In this document: positions 1 through 8,651 of the stretch, piece by piece
Position numbering within the stretch: position 1 is the stretch's first letter
Layout: every line of letters begins with the position of its first letter
Origin: an uncultured Gammaproteobacteria bacterium
GTDB lineage: Bacteria; Patescibacteriota; Patescibacteriia; PEXW01
DNA: 64,000 bases
Direction: 5' to 3'
Assembly: GCA_964486505.1 (NCBI GenBank)
Contig: CAZAMC010000001.1
Coordinates: 106,133-170,132 of the forward strand
Program-made: the position numbers and the translations under genes
The notes under the pieces: model-generated
Database searches by the model: none
What the model was told of the DNA's origin: nothing
What the model saw: the letters and a program-made list of their open reading frames with translations, nothing else

Positions 1-2
1 AG

Positions 3-2180
3 GTGCTCCGCGCGCTCGGGTACCCGGTGCCCCGACGCGCTGCCGCTCGGACGCTCATGCTGTCCGAAATTACAAGGTACGTTCCTGGAAACGTCTGGAG
101 TGTTCTTGGACGAATTGGCTTAAGTACCAAACAGGGCATTCCTGCAGATCGGGCATTCATCGCTACTGTCGCCGAGATTTTGGCACTCTTGACCGCGTCA
201 CTCATCGTTGGCGGCGGCTTCGCTGTGCTTGCGGACGGGGTGCCAACGTGGGTTCGTTACGGCGCAATTATTGGGGGAGTAGTTGCTTTGATTCTTGCCT
301 TTGCATTTAGCCGGCTTGATCGGGCGTTGCAGTGGGTGCTCAAGCGCTTACGTCGTGAAGGTATGGTATGGAATTTTCCGGCGCGCGCTTTCCTCCGCAC
401 GGTAACGACATTTGTTATCGCGTGGGCAGGATTTACGTTTGGCAGTTACGCGATTGCCGCTGCTTTTTTGAAGTTGCAACCAGGCACCGCGCTACTGCTT
501 CTTGCAACATTTCCGATCGCCTGGTTTCTGGGGTATGCAAGTTTCGTTACCCCGAGTGGACTTGGTGTTCGGGAGGCGGCCGTGGCAGTTCTCCTGGCGC
601 CCGTGTACGGTAGCGTGGGGGCGATTATTGCAACATACTCACGCATTGCCATGACGGTTGTTGAACTGGCCTGGGTTGGCGGCAGCGCGTGGCACGATGT
701 CTGGCAGGGGTTGCAAGTGGCCTGGCGCTGGCTACGGAGCCCTCGCGGCGTGGTGGTGGTAGCCACTGCGGCTTTTGCTGTGTACTTCAGCATCATTACT
801 TGCGGTATGCACGCTAAGGTCATAACGAGCCGATTTGACCTGGGGAACATGACCCAGACGGTGTGGAACACCAGCCAGGGTCGCTTCTTTGAATTTACCA
901 ACCCCTACGGAACAAACCTGGCAGAGCGGTTCATCCACCATGGGGATATCCTGCTGGTGCTCTTTGCTCCAGTTTACTGGGTGTTTGCTAGCCCCTACGT
1001 GCTTCTCGTTGCCCAAGCACTCATTGTGGCTCTCGGCGGCTGGTTAGTCTTTAAGCTTGCCCGAAAGGTCCTTGGGCATGAGTGGCTCGCTGCAGTCTTG
1101 GCACTGAGCTACCTATTTTACCCAACTCTCCAGCGCGCAGTAATGTTTGATTTTCATGCCCTCACCTTAGGTGCTACATTTGCGGTGGGACTCGCCTGGG
1201 CTTACGTCGAGCGCCGCTGGCGGTGGTTTGCAGTATTTGCCGTACTCCTTTCCATGAGCAAAGAAGAGTTACCCGTAATGGTTGCGACGTTTGGCGTGCT
1301 TATGCTCTGGCGGGACTGGAAAGACGTTCGAATACGTCGCATTGCTTTTGCGACAGTTGCCATGCCGTTGGTGTACTTTGGGATTATGTACTTTGCTATC
1401 ATGCCGGCGGCGCGTAATGATCAGCCGAGCAAGTACGTGGTACAATACGATGTTCTTGGTGATTCACCGAAAGAGATGTTGCAAACCGTTTTGGATGAAC
1501 CAAGGCTGTTTCTCTCGATGGTCGCCGGTGCGCAAGCTCGTCACATGTACGCGGGTCAGCTGGGTCCGGTAGGCTTCTTGCCATTGGCAAGCCCGCTCTG
1601 GCTCGTGAGTGCATGGCCAGACTACGTCGTGAATCTCTTCAATGAGCGTATTGAACCTCGGTTGATGATTTATCATTACCAAGCAACAATTGGTGGATTT
1701 GTTTTCGTCGCCACCATCTTTGGCATTGGCGCGCTCCGGCGGCGTCTGGGGCCATGGTGGGCACGCGCGGGCAGACGCTGGACGCGGGTATCACTCGAAG
1801 GACTAGTCATTGTCTATCTCCTCGTTGTAGGTGGAGTAGAGTCGTACCGCCTGAGCCCCTTACCCTACAGCCAAACGAAGGACATGCGCGTTTTCTGGCC
1901 CGCACCCATGGCTCCCGTCATCCACGAGGCGGTCGCGCAGGTTCCGGATAACGCTCGCGTCTCGGCAACGAATACAGTTGGAGCGCAGCTTGCGCACCGA
2001 CAGTATCTGTACCACTTTCCCAACGGCATTGGGGAAGCCGACTACATCCTTATTTTGATGGCAAAAACAGGGACCTTGGAGTGGGAGCGTAACCATGTGC
2101 AAGCGGAATCACTCGTGACCGATACCCGGTACGAGCTCGTTACCGAGTACCGGAATTTCCGCATGTACAAGAAGCGGTAG
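3..2180 (+). CDS. Polytopic membrane fusion protein: N-terminal LPG-synthase-TM/flippase-like domain plus C-terminal DUF2079 (GT-C-like) domain; 5' partial
   Basis: RYVPGNVW and TPSGLGVRE motifs in the N-terminal part; FDLG..Q..WN, HGD, FDFH, KEE and YHY motifs in the C-terminal part; many hydrophobic helices. Confidence 0.7.
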   Translation: MLRALGYPVPRRAAARTLMLSEITRYVPGNVWSVLGRIGLSTKQGIPADRAFIATVAEILALLTASLIVGGGFAVLADGVPTWVRYGAIIGGVVALILAFAFSRLDRALQWVLKRLRREGMVWNFPARAFLRTVTTFVIAWAGFTFGSYAIAAAFLKLQPGTALLLLATFPIAWFLGYASFVTPSGLGVREAAVAVLLAPVYGSVGAIIATYSRIAMTVVELAWVGGSAWHDVWQGLQVAWRWLRSPRGVVVVATAAFAVYFSIITCGMHAKVITSRFDLGNMTQTVWNTSQGRFFEFTNPYGTNLAERFIHHGDILLVLFAPVYWVFASPYVLLVAQALIVALGGWLVFKLARKVLGHEWLAAVLALSYLFYPTLQRAVMFDFHALTLGATFAVGLAWAYVERRWRWFAVFAVLLSMSKEELPVMVATFGVLMLWRDWKDVRIRRIAFATVAMPLVYFGIMYFAIMPAARNDQPSKYVVQYDVLGDSPKEMLQTVLDEPRLFLSMVAGAQARHMYAGQLGPVGFLPLASPLWLVSAWPDYVVNLFNERIEPRLMIYHYQATIGGFVFVATIFGIGALRRRLGPWWARAGRRWTRVSLEGLVIVYLLVVGGVESYRLSPLPYSQTKDMRVFWPAPMAPVIHEAVAQVPDNARVSATNTVGAQLAHRQYLYHFPNGIGEADYILILMAKTGTLEWERNHVQAESLVTDTRYELVTEYRNFRMYKKR

Positions 2181-2181
2181 T

Positions 2182-3258
2182 ATGGCCAAGATTGCGGTCG
2201 CCATGTCTGGAGGAGTTGATTCATCTGTTGCCGCACTACTCTTGCAGCGCGCTGGGCACACCGTGCATGGGATTTTCATGAAGAACTACGAACCGCCGCC
2301 GAATAGCAATCAGCCATGCCCCTGGGAGGCGGACCAGGCCGATGTGGCAGCCGTATGCGAACACCTGGGCATTCCTTGGGAATCCTGGAATTTTGAGCAG
2401 GAGTACAAGCAGCGCGTGCTGGAGTACTTCTTCCGTGAATACGAGGCCGGGCGTACACCGAACCCCGATGTGATGTGTAATCGGGAAGTGAAATTCGGCG
2501 TGTTCTTTACTCGTGCAAAAGCAGAGGGCTTCGAGGCAATTGCCACCGGCCACTACGCCCGTATACGCGAATCGAAAGGCCTACACCACCTCCTTGCAGG
2601 GCGCGATGCAAACAAGGACCAATCCTATTTCTTGCACGCCCTTGGCCAGGATACGCTGGCCGCTACGTACTTTCCGGTGGGGGAATATGAAAAGCCCGCC
2701 GTTCGTGCTCTGGCTCAGGAAGCCGGATTACCAACGGCGACAAAACCCGATAGCCAGGGCATTTGCTTCATCGGCCAAGTTGACGTAGCCGAGTTTTTGC
2801 GAGGGCATATTTCTACCGTCGGTGGCCCAATTGTCACTGCTGATGGCGAGTATGTGGGTGAACATCACGGTCTACCGTACTACACCATTGGTCAGCGTCA
2901 CGGTTTGGGTGTGGGTGGGGGCGTGCCGTACTACGTTGCCGAGAAAAACGTTAATACGAATACACTCATCGTTGCTCGGGGTGACCGTGACCCCGTGCTC
3001 TACGCCAGTGGGCTCGTCGCTTCACAATCAACGTGGGTACTTGGAACGCCACCATCAAAGAACTTTACCTGTCAGGCGCGAATTCGTTATCGGCAACCGC
3101 TGGAAGAATGCGCCGTCGAGCTAACTTCTACCGGGGTACAGGTGCAGTTCAAAAACCCTCAACGCGCAATTACGCCAGGTCAGGCAATTGTTTTCTATTC
3201 TGGTGAGGAATGCTTAGGCGGAGCAACAATTGAGGTAGCTGCCGCCCACTCACTCTAG
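2182..3258 (+). CDS. mnmA: tRNA 2-thiouridine(34) synthase MnmA
   Basis: AMSGGVDSS PP-loop, TPNPDVMCN, ATGHY, KDQSYFL, DSQGICF, PGQ motifs. Confidence 0.97.
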   Translation: MAKIAVAMSGGVDSSVAALLLQRAGHTVHGIFMKNYEPPPNSNQPCPWEADQADVAAVCEHLGIPWESWNFEQEYKQRVLEYFFREYEAGRTPNPDVMCNREVKFGVFFTRAKAEGFEAIATGHYARIRESKGLHHLLAGRDANKDQSYFLHALGQDTLAATYFPVGEYEKPAVRALAQEAGLPTATKPDSQGICFIGQVDVAEFLRGHISTVGGPIVTADGEYVGEHHGLPYYTIGQRHGLGVGGGVPYYVAEKNVNTNTLIVARGDRDPVLYASGLVASQSTWVLGTPPSKNFTCQARIRYRQPLEECAVELTSTGVQVQFKNPQRAITPGQAIVFYSGEECLGGATIEVAAAHSL

Positions 3259-4043
3259 GGTCGAATTGTTGGAGCTTGGCGGGCTTTTCTCCAGGCAAAG
3301 ACGACAACGGCGACGAGCAGCACTACCCCAACCAGGATGAGAATGAGTCCGGTTCGGCCATCGCCCGAAGGTTCGGCGGCTGATGCATTCACGTTCGTCG
3401 TATCGGTGTTCGTATCGGCAGCGACGGTATTGGTATTGTCGTTTACATTCTGATTGAAAAGGCTTTCCGAAGTGTTCGTATTCGTTGTCGCGTTTGTATT
3501 CTTATTGGCGTTCGTGTTCTTATTCGTATTTGCGTTTTTGTTCAGCGTTGTATTGGTGTTCTTGTTCGCATTTTTGTTTACCGTTGTGTTCACGTTCTTA
3601 TTCGTGTTCACGTTGGCATTCGCGTTTGCATTGGCATTGCTATTGAGGTTGCTATTCACCGTTGTGTTGGTATTCGTTGCTGTCCCGGTGGTCGGTAAGA
3701 TGGCATCCGTGCTCACTGCTTCGTTTCCTGCCTGGTCCTTTGATCGAACGCGATAGTGGTACTGTGTTCCTGCCGTTAAACCGAGCACAGTCACACTGTG
3801 TGTCGTTACGTACGAACCATCCCCGAGGGTATTGCCGTATACGTCTGTAGGGCCGAAATCCACATAGCTTGTCGCGGCCTCGTTCGTTGTCCAGCTCACG
3901 ACCGCCGACGTTGACGTCGTCGAACTCACGCCTACCCCAGTAATTGTTGGCTTGGTTACGTCGGCTGAGGTGTTGGTTTGAGCTAGTGCGCCGGGGGCCA
4001 GGATGAGGCTGAAGAAGCACACCGCGACAAGAAATTTGCGCAT
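3255..4043 (-). CDS. Surface protein: signal peptide, FN3/purple-acid-phosphatase-N-like domain, Asn/Thr-rich stalk, C-terminal TM anchor
   Basis: WTTNE..TS.VDFG, HSV...GL..GT.YHYRV.S.D.AGN FN3 signature; NTNKN repeats; C-terminal hydrophobic helix followed by a basic tail. Confidence 0.8.
   Translation of the reverse strand: MRKFLVAVCFFSLILAPGALAQTNTSADVTKPTITGVGVSSTTSTSAVVSWTTNEAATSYVDFGPTDVYGNTLGDGSYVTTHSVTVLGLTAGTQYHYRVRSKDQAGNEAVSTDAILPTTGTATNTNTTVNSNLNSNANANANANVNTNKNVNTTVNKNANKNTNTTLNKNANTNKNTNANKNTNATTNTNTSESLFNQNVNDNTNTVAADTNTDTTNVNASAAEPSGDGRTGLILILVGVVLLVAVVVFAWRKARQAPTIRP
3380..3680 (-). repeat. Low-complexity Asn/Thr/Lys-rich coding repeats (NTNKN/NANAN)
   Basis: Degenerate tandem repeats in the 3255..4043 protein; boundaries approximate. 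Confidence 0.75.
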
Positions 4044-4084
4044 ATGGTACAATCCTTTCTACTCGCAGTATACCATAGCTCAGT

Positions 4085-4708
4085 ATGAACGAAAAACGGC
4101 AAAACCTTGCCATAATCGCGGCCGTCGCGGCCGTCATTGTCATAGCTGGCGTGCTCATCTGGTCGGGGACCTGGTCCAAGAAGGATTCCACCGCACAAGT
4201 AAATTCCTCCACTTCGCAAAGTAACGTGAATGCTATGCAGTACTCGTTTCCAGGGGTTTTACCCAGTGAACGTATTGAAAACAAGAAAGTAATCATTACC
4301 ACGTCGAAAGGAACAATAGAGTTCGATCTGCTTGCAGACGCCGCGCCAAAGTCGGTGAGCAACTTTGTGTACTTAGCCGAGGCTGGATTTTACGACGGCC
4401 TCACCTTTCACCGGGTGGAACCGGGATTCGTCATTCAGGGTGGCGATCCAGCCGGAACCGGGAGTGGGGGCCCAGGCTACCAATTTGAGGACGAACCCGT
4501 ACAGGGGGAATATGTTGAAGGCGCGGTTGCCATGGCGAATGCCGGACCCGATACGAACGGCTCCCAGTTCTTCATTACTTTGGGCGACCAGAGCAAAAAC
4601 CTTACGAAAAGCTATAACCTTTTTGGTAAGGTCACCAAAGGCCTGGATGTCGTTAAGAAGATCGCCGTAGGCGACGTCATGCAAACCGTACGGATCACTT
4701 CACGCTAG
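4085..4708 (+). CDS. Membrane-anchored cyclophilin-type peptidyl-prolyl isomerase
   Basis: FYDGLTFHRV..GFVIQGGDP, AMANAGPDTNGSQFFI; N-terminal TM helix. Confidence 0.95.
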   Translation: MNEKRQNLAIIAAVAAVIVIAGVLIWSGTWSKKDSTAQVNSSTSQSNVNAMQYSFPGVLPSERIENKKVIITTSKGTIEFDLLADAAPKSVSNFVYLAEAGFYDGLTFHRVEPGFVIQGGDPAGTGSGGPGYQFEDEPVQGEYVEGAVAMANAGPDTNGSQFFITLGDQSKNLTKSYNLFGKVTKGLDVVKKIAVGDVMQTVRITSR

Positions 4709-5635
4709 TGTAGCGTGGAGAATTGCCGGGTATCCACGAACGAAGGCGTGCGCGTCTACCGGTAATTTCCCCGGGTACTGTAGTCGTTGAATGACGAGGA
4801 TATCTTTGGTTGTGCCAATCGCAAAACCCTGCGGGTTACTTTGAGTTTTGCCTGCTGGTAAAGTGCCCGGGGCAACGGTGGCTGAGAGAACTTTAATGTC
4901 TTTGCCGTTCCAGCGAAACGTGGCACTCGGCCAAGGAGTGAAGGCCCGAACCATGCGCTCAAGCTCAACGGCCGGACGGTGGAATTGGAGCAGCCCATCG
5001 GCCCGAGAAATTTTTCGGGCGGTTGTCACACCCGTGCTGGGTTGGGGTTGCAGTGGTCGCTTCGCTTCTAGATACGGGCCCAGGTGTTCTGTGAGTAAGC
5101 GGGCGCTCCAGGTTGAGAGTTCCGTATTCAAGCTCATAGCTGTTGCGTCTGCCAGTATGGGAACGCGCACTTGCGCAAAGGTCGGACCAGTATCCATACC
5201 AGCATCAATGCGCATAAGGGTTACCCCCGTTTCAGCGTCACCCGCAAGCAGCGCGTGTTGGATTGGTGAGGCACCTCGCCAGCGTGGCAAAAGTGAGGCG
5301 TGGGTATTCACCCAGCCATGGGGAAAAAGCGAAAGTGCCGAAGCGGGTATGAGGAGGCCGTACGCGACAACAACCGCAACATCGGCGTGGAGCGGACGGA
5401 GCGTGGCAATGACTTCGGGTGATTTGAGACTGTCTGGCGTGAGTGTAAACACGTCATGTTCACGCGCCAGTTGGGCAACGGGACTATCTTGCATTTGCAA
5501 GCCCCGTCCGTGCGGTTTCGGTTTCTGGGTGAGCACCGCAACGACCTCAAACTGCGGATGCTCTAAGAGCACGCGCAACGACGGTACCGCGAACTCAGGC
5601 GTACCCGCGAAGAGAACTTTCCAGCGCTTACTCAA
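4700..5635 (-). CDS. fmt: Methionyl-tRNA formyltransferase
   Basis: FAGTPEF, VVVAYG, N.HASLLPRWRGASPIQ; probable TTG start at 5635 overlapping the def stop. Confidence 0.95.
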   Translation of the reverse strand: MSKRWKVLFAGTPEFAVPSLRVLLEHPQFEVVAVLTQKPKPHGRGLQMQDSPVAQLAREHDVFTLTPDSLKSPEVIATLRPLHADVAVVVAYGLLIPASALSLFPHGWVNTHASLLPRWRGASPIQHALLAGDAETGVTLMRIDAGMDTGPTFAQVRVPILADATAMSLNTELSTWSARLLTEHLGPYLEAKRPLQPQPSTGVTTARKISRADGLLQFHRPAVELERMVRAFTPWPSATFRWNGKDIKVLSATVAPGTLPAGKTQSNPQGFAIGTTKDILVIQRLQYPGKLPVDAHAFVRGYPAILHATLA

Positions 5636-6110
5636 TGCGAGGGCGCTCACCTTTTGTGTACCGGCTAACCCGCGTGGTGAAGAGGATCCCATCAATGTGG
5701 TCCACTTCATGCTGGATGATGCGGGCAAAAAGCCCTTCGGCCACAACGGTTACGGGCTTGCCATGGCGATCGAGTGCTTCAACGGTAATACGCTTATACC
5801 GTTTCACCATGCCAAAAACCCCGGGAATTGATAGGCACCCTTCCTCCATGCTCTCTTTCCAAAGGGAATGCTTAGTAATCTTTGGGTTAACGTATGCCGT
5901 AGCGCCATCTTTGGTGGCAACAACAATTAGGCGTTTGCTCACGTCGATTTGGGGCGCGGCTAGGCCAATGCCATCGGCAATAAACATGGTTTCAACCATG
6001 TCGTCAATGAGCTTTTGCATTGCGGGTGACCCGAGCTCAGCCAGCTGCACCGGTGCGGCCGGTGTTCGGAGAATGCGATTGGGGATGATGACGATAGGTA
6101 AGCGAGGCAT
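5628..6110 (-). CDS. def: Peptide deformylase
   Basis: GIGLAAPQ, EGCLS, QHEVDH motifs; ATG at 6110. Confidence 0.97.
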   Translation of the reverse strand: MPRLPIVIIPNRILRTPAAPVQLAELGSPAMQKLIDDMVETMFIADGIGLAAPQIDVSKRLIVVATKDGATAYVNPKITKHSLWKESMEEGCLSIPGVFGMVKRYKRITVEALDRHGKPVTVVAEGLFARIIQHEVDHIDGILFTTRVSRYTKGERPRIE

Positions 6111-6116
6111 TGGGGT

Positions 6117-6145
6117 AGTGTACGCGTCCGTGCAGAAGCGGTCAA
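6117..6145 (-). promoter_or_regulatory. Sigma70-type promoter of def (probably leaderless)
   Basis: TTGACC-N17-TACACT-N6-ATG. Confidence 0.7.
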
Positions 6146-7860
6146 GAATCAATGTGTGGAGGGTCCACGGTGGCTTCCCAGGTAGGTTCCAGGGTCTTCC
6201 GCAAAAATTGGAGGAGTTTTGGACGAGCAGCTTTACTGCATCGAAGCACCCACTGGTTCTCACCGGTTTGCGATATGATGTCGGCAGGCAGTGCAGCAGC
6301 CGGCAGAGGCTGTACTGCGGTTTCCTGCAGCCGCAAACGTCTTCCTAGGGTGACGAGCGTGCCTTCGGGTGGGTAGAGAAGCTGCGCACGCTCAGCTTTC
6401 GTCTTCTGCAGCCAGGCGCCAAGGTCCTGGAGAAATTGGAGGGTTTGGTGGTCCGGCTGAAAAGTAGGGATGTACACCGTGCCTGTTGGAGCAACAAATT
6501 GCCGAACCAGCGCTAGAAGGTCCAGGAAATTTTCTTCACTTCGGTACTGGCCAGAGGTGAGCAAACTGTCCGGCTGGACAACGACGGCAGCTTCAAAGCG
6601 CTGCTGGATGTGCGCGGCGATTGCTGTAGTGGCAACGACGTGCAAAGTTTTTGGAAGAGTTCGTTGAAGTTTGCTAACGACAGAAACATCTGGCTCAACT
6701 GCCCGAATTTCTCGGGCAGTATGCAACAGGCCGTAGCCTCGCTGCACAAATGCAGCACTGTGACACACCGAGCAGGCGGCAGGTCCAAGCAGGCGAGTTC
6801 GGTCTTTCGGGCACCAGAGCTGCACTGGCTGGACACTCTGCACCTGTAACGGTGTCTGGCAGTTTGGGCAAGCAACCGGCGCTCCGCAGTCTTTACACAC
6901 GTACTTGCGGGATTCGTTGAGTCGGTTGTGAAGCCAGAGTGTACGCGTACTAGCTAAACGTTCCAGGAGGTGTGCTGGAATAATTGCCCCACGCATGGCC
7001 GGGGGCTCTGTAGAACGATCCAGAATTTGGACAGCGGCTTGAGCCCCGATGCTCTTTGTTACTGTATTCGGAAAAAGTGCCGCAACTTCGGGGTTAACGT
7101 ACCGCGCACAACCAACCAGGATTGCTCCGTTGAGGGCCGCAAGTTTTTCGGCAACCTGGCGAAGATCAACGCGCGGAGCCTGTTCAAATGCAAAGTACCC
7201 CGGATCGTCAGCCAGATCGATTATCACGCGGTGCAAGTGGGGGAGAGGGGAGTAGAGGCCGCTGTGCGTGGTGAGGAAGAATCGTTTTGCACTGAGCTCC
7301 GCATGTGCACGTTTACGACCCACGGCTGACAGTTCCCGTTGCAGCACCGTGGTTTGGGTTTCGGGTAATTTTTCTTGCCACAACCGCACGTACGCCTGCG
7401 AGGGACAGAGAATAAGCACGTGTTCTTGGGTACGGAGCAATTGTTGCACCCAGGAGGAAATGACCTGCTCGTGTGCCGGGAGGGTGGCGCAGAGGACAAG
7501 GCGTCGAGCTGAGACTTGGTCTTGAACTGCCCGTGTTAGCCTAGTGACCGTGGGGGTGAACAGTCTACCAACAACGTTTAAAGGAGTATTTGTCTCTTGA
7601 TGCAGCCACTGCATAAGCGCAAGCTGCGTGGAACTCAGCGCCGCTTCGGTGACCCGTTCTACGGGTTTACGTTTGCGCTCGCCCAAAGATGCGTCAAGCT
7701 TCCAGACAATACCGTCAATAGTTTGACGTCGAAAGGGAATGCGAACGACCATGCCGGGCTGAACGGCTATGGAGTTTGGCACTTCGTAATCCAGCACGGC
7801 GAGCGTTGGGATAACCCGGATGAGGGGTACCACCTGCACGATCGTGTGGGAAGTTTTCAC
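6142..7860 (-). CDS. priA: Primosomal protein N' (degenerate PriA-like)
   Basis: N-terminal LDY...GMVV.IPF...GIVW 3'-DNA-binding domain; CKDCG/CPNC/CSVC Zn module; ER..L.YPP motif; priA-def-fmt synteny; helicase motifs not recognisable. Confidence 0.8.
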   Translation of the reverse strand: MKTSHTIVQVVPLIRVIPTLAVLDYEVPNSIAVQPGMVVRIPFRRQTIDGIVWKLDASLGERKRKPVERVTEAALSSTQLALMQWLHQETNTPLNVVGRLFTPTVTRLTRAVQDQVSARRLVLCATLPAHEQVISSWVQQLLRTQEHVLILCPSQAYVRLWQEKLPETQTTVLQRELSAVGRKRAHAELSAKRFFLTTHSGLYSPLPHLHRVIIDLADDPGYFAFEQAPRVDLRQVAEKLAALNGAILVGCARYVNPEVAALFPNTVTKSIGAQAAVQILDRSTEPPAMRGAIIPAHLLERLASTRTLWLHNRLNESRKYVCKDCGAPVACPNCQTPLQVQSVQPVQLWCPKDRTRLLGPAACSVCHSAAFVQRGYGLLHTAREIRAVEPDVSVVSKLQRTLPKTLHVVATTAIAAHIQQRFEAAVVVQPDSLLTSGQYRSEENFLDLLALVRQFVAPTGTVYIPTFQPDHQTLQFLQDLGAWLQKTKAERAQLLYPPEGTLVTLGRRLRLQETAVQPLPAAALPADIISQTGENQWVLRCSKAARPKLLQFLRKTLEPTWEATVDPPHIDS

Positions 7861-8651
7861 ACGGGTTGCCAGCTAACGACGCTGTAGGCTGTACCGTATA
7901 GCACCGCGTTAACGTGCACAGTGGGTTCCAGACCGAGGGAACGGGTGCAGCCGGCAAGGAGGCTAACACTGAGCGTGCCACAAGAAAGCACATCCTGAAC
8001 AGTTTCGAGGGGTACACTTTCGAGAAAGTGCTGTAAACGCCGGGCTTTCATAGCGTTGGTCCAGTCTTTCCAGAACGTCTGGGCGTTTGCAGATACGCCG
8101 CTCGGCGATTCTGCGCTGCAGCGAGCAGCAATCTCGCCCGAAGCGAGAATGAGAATCCGCTCACGAGCATTCAGGAGTTCTCCATGCAGGAGTGAGCCGA
8201 AGTGGATGTGCTCCGAAGGTGGTTGCGTAGTGGTTGACAGTTCCACCCACCGCGGCTGCGGCTTGCAATCTTTCAAAAGTAAGGCCGGGATACTCAGGCC
8301 GTACGTAACGTGCGTTTCATGTGATGCCGCAACGTGGGCATGGGCTTCCACATGTTCTTTGAGGTGGTAGGCAAACTTTGGAGCAGCAGGAACATCGATG
8401 GTTGTTGAGAGGTCACCAAACTCCTCGAATGCGCCAAAATACTGTTTAGCAAGGTTGAACGTAAATTGCTTAGCGTTCGTTGGCGTATGTGGGTTAATGC
8501 ACAGGATAATGTCAGGTTGAAGAGCGTGGACCCACTCCGCTACCGTTTTGCACGCCCGAGCAATTTTTTCAAGCCGTTGTGCATGCGCGGGGTCCGTGGT
8601 TGGCAAAAGCAACGGCGTGTGCGGGAGCATTGCCGCGCCAATAATGCTCAT
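7857..8651 (-). CDS. LigB/Memo-like (AmmeMemoRadiSam protein B-like) protein
   Basis: PH.PLL.P, PD.I...PH, F.EFGD, ASG, CG motifs of the class III extradiol-dioxygenase fold. Confidence 0.65.
   Translation of the reverse strand: MSIIGAAMLPHTPLLLPTTDPAHAQRLEKIARACKTVAEWVHALQPDIILCINPHTPTNAKQFTFNLAKQYFGAFEEFGDLSTTIDVPAAPKFAYHLKEHVEAHAHVAASHETHVTYGLSIPALLLKDCKPQPRWVELSTTTQPPSEHIHFGSLLHGELLNARERILILASGEIAARCSAESPSGVSANAQTFWKDWTNAMKARRLQHFLESVPLETVQDVLSCGTLSVSLLAGCTRSLGLEPTVHVNAVLYGTAYSVVSWQPV

Noticed and set aside
3454-3756. Extremely hydrophobic 100-aa ORF (VFVFVVAF...)
   Set aside because: Reverse-complement artefact of the Asn/Thr/Lys repeat
4848-6348. 327-aa and 237-aa plus-strand ORFs
   Set aside because: Antisense to fmt/def
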